NCBI GenBank assembly: GCA_001938485.1
Contig: MQRK01255023.1
Span: 1-64,000, forward strand
Direction: 5' to 3'
DNA length: 64,000 bases
DNA from: Girardia tigrina
Lineage: Eukaryota
In this document: piece after piece, positions 49,401 through 61,952 of the stretch
Layout: each line of letters starts with the position of its first letter
How positions within the stretch are numbered: position 1 is the stretch's first letter
The notes under the pieces: generated by a model
The model's database searches: none
The model's input: only the letters and a program-made list of their open reading frames with translations
What the model was told of the DNA's origin: nothing
Translations under genes and position numbers: made by a program

Positions 49401-50799
49401 TATAATTTGTATTTTGTTTCAGAAAGTATTGTTAATGTTGCGTTACTTGGAATAATATTTTGTAATAATGGACTATATTTTCAATATAATAATGTATTTT
49501 ACCATATTCATTCGCTGTTTCACTCAAACTAACAATTAAAATGCAAGATTGTAATAATGAAATAAAAAGAAACTTATATCCTTAATAATGTAATTCTTTT
49601 ACATAAATGTGACGAAACTTGTCTTTACTTTTACAAAAATCAATTTCTGAATAAGTAACCATATGTTTTTTAATTATTTAGGATATATATTCTTTAAAAA
49701 ATCATATAAAAGATAGACAGAATATAGTCTTCTGAATTTATACTTTCATCTTTCACAAGCTTCAGGAACCGTATTTTTAAAGAATATAGATGTCACAATT
49801 TCCGAACATAAAGGGACATAAGATGATTTGAGCTGATAATTGGGCTTCATTTAAAGCAACATGTAAAGCAATATGTATTGAATAACCAAATATTCATTCT
49901 TATATACTTTTCTTAAAATTAAAATATCTATTTAAATTTATGAAATTAAGGGATTGTTGGAAAAAAAGCTTTAAGATTAGTGGTATAAGTATAATTTTTG
50001 CAAATTTTTATATGAATAACACTCCAACATAATTATCTAAAATAACTATTATATATTCTAAGTGTTACTCGTTAAATCGTTTTTTAACTAATTACCCCAA
50101 TCTATAGCTAAATATAACAATGGTAACTAGTTTCGTTTATCTGGATCATGATAAGGAACGTGATATCAAAATATTGTATTTTACCTTTAAATACCTCAAA
50201 TCTACTTTTATAGGAATTTCTTCTTATAACTTCAATTCTAAAGAATTTGAAAACTGTGTTAATAATAGACAACTGTCTATTAATTTCAAATTAAGGTAAC
50301 TTGTCTGAAATTTTTCTATTGTACCTTTCGTATGATGTTTTTCAATAAGTTGTGTTGAAGTAAGTTCTGAAATATCTTTGTAACTTATTAAATTATAATG
50401 TCATTTGACAACTGAAATGATTTTTTTGCTTTAAAATTTGCTTTAATTTATATCTTCAAGCATGTCTAACCCCAGTCATTACCTAAATATAACTCCGTAT
50501 TAGTGGAAATATATAAATTATCATTGTTTATTAATTACTATAACAAATACTTATTAAAACTAGAGTAAATAGTTTATAATAAAAAACAGGTCTCTGCAAA
50601 AAAATATAATCTTCAATTTGGTCCATCTACTTGAAGAGATGCCACAGCGTTGAGATAGGCATATTAATGGGATGAAAAAGTTATGATCTTTAATTCGGTA
50701 CCGGTCCTGATGCCATAAAAGCGAAAATATTTGAACCTAGTAGCAAATTGAAAAATTTACATTTTTTAAAATTTCTTTTGTAGAAATCTTTTAGGTAAT

Positions 50800-51800
50800 T
50801 ACATTTAGACCATAACTACTACTACAAATATCGATGTTAACCTTTCTGTCATGCGAATCTGTGAAGCAGTAGACATCATCTGATAACATCAATTTTTGTT
50901 GTGGTAATCATTGAAATGTGAATGGCATAATAGTATTTTCCATCGTCAAAGTGCATTCTCTCTTTAGTTTTTACTACAAATTCCACTGGGTTTAACTTTT
51001 GACGAATAATAGCTTGTTTTAGTAAATGTTGTTTCAAAATGTCAAATGTTTCTGTTATCTCATCCAGAGAAAGAAACTAAAAAAAACATGTCGACACAGT
51101 AGACTAAATGCTTCATCATTACTATATTGTGAAGCCAGTCCACTTTCTTAAACTTTCCTCTAGAAAGATTGTATCAAATGAAAGAAACACACGTTATTAC
51201 GAGAACCAAAACTTGCACTCCTCGATGCATCAATAGCTGTCAATTCAAGATCTGTCAATATCACCGGTGATTTAAGGCCAATTTCACTTTCCTTGGAAAA
51301 ATCAATTATATCCTAGAAAAAACGTTTATAATTATCTTCACGCTTGATTGACAATAATCCATACACTAATGGAAGACCTCATGCGATTCAACTACCAACT
51401 GGGTAAAATTGGAAGATCCATTAATTAATATAGAGCGCAAGATAATCGGAATATATTTACTTTTGTTGTATAAAGAAGAACCTTTTCATTCCAGATCACA
51501 TAGTCTTTAACAAAAAACAGTTCGTTGTTCAAAGTACGACGAAACGCTTCTGCAATGATGAGCCCTTCAAATGATTGTGGTTCTAGTGGTCTTTTTGGTT
51601 TTCGAACATATACAATTATTTTGCTTAATGCATTTGGGACTTTGCTTCACATTGTCCTTAATGTGATTTAGGTCATTTGAGATAACAGCAGCACTTATAA
51701 GATGGTTATGAAAAGCAAAGTTTTTCAGAACATGCTTCCAATCATAAACGGTTGTAGTAGCACTTCCTTGACAATTTGCGGAGTTCATAAATAACCAAAA
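50800..51800 (-). mobile_element. MULE transposase remnant
   Basis: CQGSATT...HNH (FLYWCH-like), LPLVYGLL, LTDLELTAIDA...VCFFHLIQSF, with many disablements. Confidence 0.65.
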
Positions 51801-52674
51801 TTTAATGCTAATTGAATATAAATTAATATTTACTTCATAATTCACATGGTGAATTAAATTTTTAATAATATTCTTTGGCTATCAAGATATAGTTTCTTAG
51901 TTTGTGATTTTAGTGTAATTTTTAAACAATTTTCAGACTAGTAATTTAAAATTATTGACCACAAAACTTTTATAAACATTCAAAAGGAAAATAATAAAGC
52001 TGTCACAATGGCAAATATTTTTATATAAGTAAATCATGTTTACGTTTGAATATTTAATTATTTATTTTTAATTCTTAAATTACATCTTAATTTTTTTATA
52101 TTAAATTTTCCAAATTTTTTAATACTTACTTTTTAATTATAATAGTAGAAAATTTTTATTTTAATTTCCACAAATTTTTAATTTTTAAATATGATTTGGA
52201 AACCCTAATTTTAATAGAAAAGACATATGGAACCAAGTGTCATACCGACAGAACCGACATTGCAAGCCTATCATTCAGGTACCAGACATGTGATTTTTAC
52301 AGACATTCCAAGGAAAAAAATTAATAAAATAAAATTTTATAAATTTGGTACAAATATTCGTAAAAGCCAACCTCAGGACTACATCACATCGGTGAGATAG
52401 GTACACCACTAGGATCACAAAGTTTGTAGAACGTCTTAAATAAAGAAACATTTTACGACTTTTAACTGTAAAAAACACTCTAATGTTTGAGATTTAAAAT
52501 AATTTTTTTAATTTTAATTATACAGTGAAACCTCCCCACAAGGTACATCCCGTATAAGATACAGCTCCATAAAAGGTACGGAAATAAATTTATTTGTATT
52601 TCACTGCATAAAATAATTTGGAATCCTCTCTACATTGGGTACACCACCATAATGTACAGTTTTTTTTACATTAA

Positions 52675-55600
52675 TATTAGAATTTTACATTATTATTATT
52701 CATTTAAATTTATTTACTACATCAAAAATTTTAGCTTCAAATTTAATCCTAACATTCCCCCTTTCTTTAAATTTTTTGAACTTCTCTACGTTTCTCACCA
52801 TATGTTTTCTGTGTATGTCTTCTACCCTATAACTCATATCGTGAATCTTTTCAATTATTGCGTACGGCCCTTCATATCGGTCTTCATCATTTTGTCTGTT
52901 TTCCTTCTTGACCCATATTTTGTCCCCAACTTGAAATGTTCTCTTTGTTTGTCCTTCAATATGTGTATTCATTTCTTGTGAGCTTGCAGTTGTGTTTTCT
53001 CTCTTCGATGTATTTTCACTGTACCGTTTTTGTCTGTCTATCTTCCTTCCAAATATAACTTCTGCTGGGCTCCTGTCGATTGTTTTCTGGCGTGTAGCAT
53101 TAATCGTAAATTCCACATCTGGTAACATCTCGGCCCAGCTTGTCTCCTTCTCCTTCATGCTGGCCTGAATATATTCCAGTATCGTCCTGAATTGTCGTTC
53201 TACTACTCCATTTGTTTTATGATGGTATGGGTTTGAGAATATCAACTCTATTCCTTTAGCCTCCATCATCTCTTTCACCTTCTTTGCTTCAAAGTTCTTC
53301 ACACAATCCACGTGAATTTCCTTTGTAGCTTCGAATTTCATTATCCATTTCGTTAGTATTGTCTTCATTATAGTGTCCCCGTCCTGTCGTTTAATTACAG
53401 TTAATACAATGTATTTACTAAAATGATCTATCATGGCCATGATGTATTTCTCTTTGCGTACTGTTTCTCACCATGGGCCACAAATGTCTATGTATACCTT
53501 TTCAAACGGTTCTTCCGAAATTATTTTAATCGTTTCTTTTTTTGTCTTCAATGTCATCGTTTTCGTCTGTTGGCATTCTCTACAGGCTTCCACAACTTCT
53601 TTCACCGTCTTACGTTCTTCCTCCATATCAAATTTATCTTTAATGTAATGATATACCTCTTCTGCTCCAGCGTGGCATAATAATTTGTGTGTTTGGATAA
53701 TCAATTCACTCCTTTTCTCTTTGGGTATCCATTCTCGTTGTTCTTTTCTTTTGCTTCTTGTAGTCATTGCTAATAATCGCGTGCGTGGTTTTTCCTTCTT
53801 AGCATCTTCGTGTTATAATTGGCATTGTGTGTATGTCTCGCATGAACTTCGAGATAGCATGTCTGCATTTCCATGTAATTCTTTCCTGTACTCGATGTCT
53901 ATATCCAGACTGCTCAAATGGTTAATCCCATGTCTGGAACTGTGCCGTTAAAGGTTTCTTGGTATAGAGCATGAACGTGATGACCTTATGGTCTGTCCTA
54001 AGTTTAAATCTTTTTCTATACAGATAATGGTTAAAATGATGACATAAATAAAAGATTGCCAGTAACTCTTTCCTCGTTATACAGTATCCTTTCTCATGAG
54101 CGTTCAATGTATCCGATCCATATGCAATTACCTGTTCTTTTTTTGACTCTCCTATCTGTGACAACACTGCTCCTATACCTTCAAAACTTGCATCCGTATC
54201 CAAGATAAATTCCTTGCCAAAGTTCGGAAATGTCAATATTGGTGTTGTTAATAATGCGCATTTCAAGTCAATAAAAGCGTTCTCACATTCGTCTGTCCAT
54301 ATCAACCTTTCTTTATTCGACCCACACAACCATTCCAATGTTTTCGCTTTCTTAGCATATCCATTGATAAACCACCTGTAATAATTACAGATCCCTAAAA
54401 AACTCCTCAAATTCTTTATACATTTTGGTCTCTGGAAATTCTGTATTGTTGTGATTTTCTCTGGATCAGTTTTTATGCCTTCTTTGTTCAATACATGCCC
54501 CAAGAATTTAACTTCTTGTTGCAAAAACTTACACTTTTCTGGTTTCATTTTCACAGCCTGTATCCTGGATTCTGTTGAATACTTCCCGCAATACTCTGTA
54601 ATGTTCTTCCTCTGTAGCTGTTGCAATCAATATATCGTCCAGGTATACTGACGCTCCTTTCTTAATTGATTGTAGTACTACAGTCATCAGCTCTTGAAAT
54701 GTACCCGGGGCTGCAGCTATCCCCATCGGCATTCTTCTAAAGCAATATTGACCTGACTTTGTTGAAAAAGCCGTTTTGTCCTGTGAAGCCTCGTCCAGTC
54801 CAATCTGATAATATACATTACCAAGGTCAATCATACTAAAATATCTCGTGCCATGCAACTTGTCCATCATTTCTTCCATGTTTGGCATCGGGAATGCTTG
54901 TCTTTCTGTTATTTGGTTCAGCTGCCTGAAATCCATACATAATCTGATAGTCTTTGTTTTTTTTCCATACGCATACCAATGACGTATTCTAAGAAGAATT
55001 ACACTGTCGAATTATACCATTATCGTGTAAATTTCTTATAGCTTCATCTATTTTCGATTCCAAATGAACTGGTTGTCTTCTTGGCCTGATGTTTATAGGT
55101 CCACCTTTTGTATTTATCGCATGTTTTAGCAGGTGTGTTCAACCGATATCCACTCATTTGCCATGAAGATATTCTTGTATTCACTCACTATTTCTTTTAA
55201 TATTGAATCGTTTTGAAATTTAAAGCATTCCATTGCGTGTTTTAATCTCTGTTCATATGTAACTTTTCTATTGAATCTCATCATTATAATTATTGTAAGT
55301 ATAATTATTTAAATTTACTTTATCAATACTTTTACTATAAATATCATATATACTACTTTTACGGTTAGGTTGGTAATCTAAATAACTTACTGCATTGTCA
55401 AGAACGGTTCCTTGTCGTCTTGACTTCTCTCGTTTTTTCATCTGTCTTGTCGATCTCCAACAGTGCAATCTGTCGGCCCCTCTCCAGTCCTCGTCTGTAA
55501 TCGTCGGAGGTGTGCTCATATTTATTCTCTTATCTGCGATCATTAGTTCGACTCTATGGTTTCTCCAAGAATCTGTCTTTCAATTGCTCGTCGTTATTCT

Positions 55601-56807
55601 GTGGTCCGTTTTTGTAATATTTTTTGTAATAGCCTTGGGCTTTCGTTTTTGAGTAGCACTCATCCGTTCTGTGTCCTTGACGTAAGAATCTTGTACATGT
55701 TAGATTTGGGCAGTTTCGTCGTATATGCCCGTCTTTATGACATCCATAATATACATTTTTTCTTTGATTTGGACATTGATAACTGATATGCCCTTCTTTG
55801 TTACATGTCTAACATGTTTTTATTTGATCATTGATTATGACATTATTCCTTACTGGTGTTCTTTTGGCTGGGTACGTCCGTTGTACCATTCTTGCATATG
55901 TCGGTTTTACTGCAAATATTCGGTCGATTTCTCCTCTGATGTCATTCACTTTTTTTATAATCTTTTTTATCACCTCCTTTTCGGTGACTTCTCGCATTTT
56001 CCCTTCCTTTTGTACTTTCTTATCATTCGTACAATTTAATAAGAGGCATTTTTCAATTTCATCTTGATTCCATGTATATTTCATCAGATTTTCCGCCAAT
56101 TTCTTTACTTTGACGAAATATTCTTCCGTTGATTTGTCTGTTCGGCGATATTCTAGTGTTTCCCTTAAATCATCCATTCTTGATTTTGTTTTCTTGAAAG
56201 CTGCTCTCAGGCGATTTTAGAAGCCTTCTATTTCTGGATTCATATTTTCATACGTCGACACCACATCAGGTGACAATAAAGCTATCTCAAATATTTCTCT
56301 ACAAATCTCCTGAATCTTCGCCACTTTGAAATATCTTGTACATGTGGATATAAAGCTATCCACGTAATTATTTCGTTGGAATCGATCGGGTAGCAATCTC
56401 GATATTAATTGTTCCGTGTTCACCGCTTGAATTGGTTCGAATTCCTTGTCGTTGGTCACCATGTTATCTTCTACCATGTTATTATCTACTCCATAATAAA
56501 AAGTAAGAAATAACTTTTTAGTAAAAATTTATTTTAATAAACAATTTTCCACTTTTTTGAATTTTTTCCAAACTCTAAATATTAAAACAATTTCTTTATT
56601 TTAATATGATTCAGTTATTTTTTGGAGGAATCAATTTATTTAAATTACCAAGCATATATAGTACAAATATATAAATAAAAATAGTTTAATTATTTAATTA
56701 TTTAACTTAATTATTATGATAAAATTTTCTTAAAGAATTTTACATTATAATTCATTTAAATTAATTTACTACATCAAAAATTTTATCTTCAAATTTAATT
56801 GCTAACA
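52675..56807 (-). mobile_element. Near full-length Ty3/Gypsy retrotransposon (5' LTR 56807-56462; truncated 3' LTR from 52754)
   Basis: The LTR starts TGTTAG(C/G) match over about 75 bp; PBS-like TGGTGACC; PPT GAAAGGGGGAA. Gag with three CCHC knuckles; RT (DFRQLN, KTAFST, YLDDILI); RNase H (LDTDAS, KELLA); integrase (HHCC, IDICGP, NGVVERQF, YEGPY). Protease not found. Confidence 0.93.
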
Positions 56808-59800
56808 ATTAAAATAATTCAAAATTTAATAAAATTAGAAAATCAATTTTAATAAAATAAAAAAAATTAAATTGAAAAAAGTAAAATTTTTAATTGATAA
56901 AAATTACACAATTCCGGGATCTGGAGACACTGAATGCTGATCATCTAAGTACTGAACAGGACTTGCTGTTACGTATCGTTGTTTGAGTTACATAGAAAAA
57001 AGACCGTTATCAAGGTATCACATCGGTCCACGTTGCGCAATGGCCGTCAATTCGAATATCATTTGACTTACCTTAAAGAGGCGATTCCAATAGTATATCG
57101 TTTTACTCAATGTGGTACTCTGTTTGCTGCTAAATCCCGATATTCACCTGCTTTCAGTTCAATTGGCGATCTCCAGGCACAGAATGGAATTTTATAAAGG
57201 TAAATTCGTCAAAATCTGACTTCTCTGTCTTAAAATTTTAATATTTATTTGGATAGATAAAGCAACGGCGATCGATGTGATTTCTTGACAACGGTTCTTT
57301 TTATATATAACTGGACAACGAGCGTATTCCGGTACTTGGATGGCAAACTCGCGATGCTTGTTCTTTCAGAACGACCTTAAAATGTTATTATTTATTTATA
57401 TAAATAAAGCAACAGGGACTGAGGTGATTCCTTTATAACGGTCCTTTTTCTATGTAACGCAAAAATAGCGCATCACAACGAGTTCGGTACTGATATGATT
57501 GGTACAACAACAAAAAATAACAAAAAAAATGATTTTTGATTTTCGCTTTTATGGAAACGGGACCGGTACTGATTAAAAGCTTTTATCTTTATCATACCTG
57601 AGGTGAGCCACCTCTTCGAATAGTTGTAATAAATCGCAAAGTAATTCATTTAACAGAAAATTTGTTTTTTAACTGTTTTTATTGGGAACCATTTTAGTAT
57701 CGGACACCGAGTAGTCCGGTAGTATCTTATAAAAGAGACAGTTTCATTCGATATTTTTCCTTGATAAAGATCTGAAGCCCGTCATTGTTAACAGGAATTC
57801 GAAATATTTTCAATATTGAAAATTTGCAAGATGTATTACCATTTTCTTCACCATATCGCGATTTTATAACCATAACGACTTAACAATTACTGTACACAAT
57901 CAATAAAGTGTAATATATTTAACTCTTACACGTTGTCAATCAATCGTACAATAAATGATATTTATATAATTTATATAAAATGAATATATATGAAGCGTTG
58001 TCATAAATTCGAATTAACTAAAAACGGAAATCCTAACTGAATCTTGACTCAAAGATTTCCCTATCACACTATCTAAATCTGTTGATAAATTCTCATTGAA
58101 AATAATCGGAGTAAAATTTACTTATTTAAAGCTTACATTCATGAAGAGAAACCTTATTGATTTAAGCAGAATGAATATTTGAAACTATATTAAATTTTGT
58201 ATTAATATTGACAGAAATGGTAATTAAAAATTCAATTTCTTTTAAAAAATTTTAAATTTTTACTTAATATATTATTTATTTTCAATTTCGAAAAATATAC
58301 AGGATATCGCGATCGGAACCCCTAGAGTAAGGCCAACGCACGCATAGAAAGAAAATCAGGAGGCTCAGAAAAATGTTTCTAATCAGTTGGATTTCTTACC
58401 CCGTCGTATTTGAATGGCTCGATTTCAACCCTGAGTTATTTTATTATATAAATAAATTGCTAATTCATGCCAATTTATGTTTTTTTTCCATTTTTTCATA
58501 CATTTTGAAAACTTTTTCATATAGATACAAACAAATAACATTTTGATGATAAGAACGAATATTCCTCTTTTTTGTGTGATGCAAAGATGGTAAAAAATTA
58601 TAATCATTTTTAAATTTTTTGGAATGTTTTCTCTTAAATCTAAAAATTTCCAGTACTAAATGCAGAGAAAAAATGAAAATCAACGAATGTCAAAAATTCA
58701 AGTACGTTTGTGCAATTAAATAAAATTCATTTTAAGTTCGCTTAAATACGTACTATAAGATGGCATTTAAGTATTTACTAAATTAATATTGATACAATAA
58801 TTTTTAATTAAATTAATTGGATTAAACATTCCGGCATGTAATAAGAAAATAATTAAATATTGTTAAGAATCAACCAGAAAGTAATTTATTCATATCTAAT
58901 ATAATATATTTGGTATCTAGGAATTACATTACCGTACCAAAAATCAATAGCACTATTTCGGAATTATAAAATTGTAATAATGGTTTTTTAATAACATATA
59001 TCGGCTTATATTTAAGTTGAAGTTAAGCATGTCATTACTGTCATATTATCTATTATTTGTTTAAAACATCAACTTTTATATTTGGATTGAACAATAATCC
59101 AAGTCAGATATTCCATGGAAATCACTCTTTTATTACTTTCCTCGATATAAAGTTCTTCTAAAGTTATAGCATGTGTATAAATTCTTAAGTCAAATTTTAA
59201 AGTTTGTTTAGGTTATTTTCAATTGGGACAATCTAAACTGAGTGAAAATTACGTTTATTTTCGAAGGTAACTATGTTAATGTTGTTTTTGTAAGAGTAAG
59301 CTAACCTACCCAATTGTATTATGATGATGAGCGAGCCTACATTTAGCTATATACAATAATAACAACAATAAGTGAATATTGAATCAAAATTGATTATATT
59401 AAATCTTTCTAGTAATGAACACAAATAATAAGGTAATATAATCACACTAAAGATGAAGACGGAGTATGGGAGAAATTGAATAATCAAAATTACTATTATT
59501 GGAACGAATTCATGCTAAGAATATAATAGTGGAAACAGATCTGTTATTTGTCATTTCTTTCTTATTTGTCATTTCTTTCTTGATCTTTCTTATTTGTCAT
59601 GTCCATAAAAATTAGAATTTGGTTAAGATAATGGATCTCTTATTATTTGATTTGATAGATTTTATTTATGTTTTTATTGGTCCTCTTTTAAAGAGTTATT
59701 CCAAAAAATAACTGTAATCTGGAGATTGTCCAAAGAGATTGATAGTTGCAATTGTAGTAATTTATATTAAATCATTTTTTTATAAATTGCACTAATGATT

Positions 59801-61952
59801 TTTTTTTGATAATCAATTTTGTGAATTATATTAATAAATATATTAACATATATACATAATAAATAAAATAAAGTATACTTAATTTTTAATATAAATATAT
59901 TGCTGGTTAGGTAGTTTTATTTTTATTTTTGTGTTATTATTATTTTTTATTTATTGTAAAAAAACGCAGTGCAAAAACGAAATATGATATTTGTGAGTAG
60001 TGTTTGTAACATCAATGTCAGAAATGATTTTTTATTCAATTTATATATTTATTATAAAAAATTTTCTTAATTTAATAATCAAACCGACGATCTCTATTTT
60101 CAAATAATTTTTCATTTATTTAAAATTTTAATCAAATCAAAATAATATTTAATTAAAAATTTTAATGAAAATATATAATTTTTAAATTTGTTGTTTATTT
60201 TAATTTTTTATATTGTTTTTTTGTAATTTTGTTTTTAAAATGTAATATGACATGCCGTTTTTAATTTTGCGTTTTTAGAAAAAACATTTTATAATATTTT
60301 ATTATATTTGAAAATACTTTATATTTAATATTCAATTTTTTACATTTTAAATATTTAATTTTGTAATTATATCCTTAATTTAATTTAAAATTTGAAAGAT
60401 ACATTTTTTTAATAGAATTCAAATTTTAACTAAAATTATTAATTTTAAAACTACTTAGTCAGATCTGTTTTTATCACCTCATTTTATTTACTAAAATAAT
60501 ATTTTAATTCAGAGGAATTTACAAAGAATATTTTCAAATTCAAATTTAAAATATTTAAGTATCAATTTATTAATTAAGTATTAATCAATTTATTAAGAAT
60601 TAATTTTAAATTTTGAATGTGATTTCAATTCCAAATAATTTTTTAAACTATTTATATTTCGATTAGCGAACTAAAAATAACTAACTCTTCACAATGTTCA
60701 TTGAGATTATGCTGTAAACGAGGTGACAGCTAAATAGTAGTTTGAAAGATTTTGAACAGGATACTTTTGCTTGGAAGAAAAGCAGTGCTCAGGTTGATAA
60801 TGACAAAATCGTGACATAATTTGGAAAGAAGAAACATGATACAATGTGATGTACCTATAAAGAATGTGCAATATTTTCGAATTTTCTCACGTACATCAGA
60901 AGTTTTGAGTAGTTTTTCACATTGTTTTCAGACATAATAACGAAAACGCTATAGGAATTGAGAACACATCTCTGTTCCCCGCTGAACTTTTGTAAAAAGC
61001 GTGAAATTTAACATGTTTGAGCGATGAATTGCAAAATAATGTATAATATTGCAATCCATGTCCAAACACCATCCTCTTCAACTTCATTGAAAGTATTTTC
61101 ATGATTTAAATGATATAATGATTACATAAACATTGCTTTGATATAGAAACGCGAATATATCATTGTTAATTCAGTCTGATGATGACGGTTGATCCGTCGA
61201 AATTATTCACAATATATTCTGACGAAATTTTTTTGACTTTTAAATATTGCAATATGTTGAAATTTATATATTTTAATGTAAATATGATTGTTAACTTTTA
61301 AATTTCATTCATATCGTCATTTGAAAGGCGAATGTATATGTGGACGAGTCTAAAACTCGTCTAAGTACAAATGTGTTTGGTGACCGTTTGTCAGAACTAC
61401 CATGAACGGTAATTTCGATAATATCGAATCGATATGACTGCAAGTTGCCAAGCATTTCATGTTTAAAAAGGAAAATAAGTTTGCCAGTCACAAATTTCTA
61501 ATTTCAAAATGAGCTAATAGTCATTTGTCTTTGAAACAGAGCAGGAATTCCAACACAATCGATGAAGTGTAAAAATAATTAATACAAGAAGGGTCCCAAT
61601 TTTCAAGACATCGCAGATGTATAACCAAAGTCTTAACTAGCTTTTCGATATTGCACACTGTCAGTGTCAGGATATGTTAGAATCGGATCAGGACATCTGG
61701 TCACAGAACACTCGCAGCAAAATTTTATTTGATGAGACAATTATACTTTGAAATATTTCAAAATAGAATAAAATAATAACTTAAATATATATTAGGTCAT
61801 GTCAAAAGTATTGTCGCTTTTGGGGATCCGGTCAAATGACCGAATTACAAAATGACTGAATTCCCAAAATACCGAAATTATTACAATTTTTCATAAATCA
61901 AATTAGGTTTTTTCCTTTTAAATTGAGATTTTTTATTTTAAAATTGAGAATA

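Noticed and set aside
60660-61880. Further mariner- and MULE-like remnants
   Set aside because: Motifs are too decayed to set boundaries or family with confidence.
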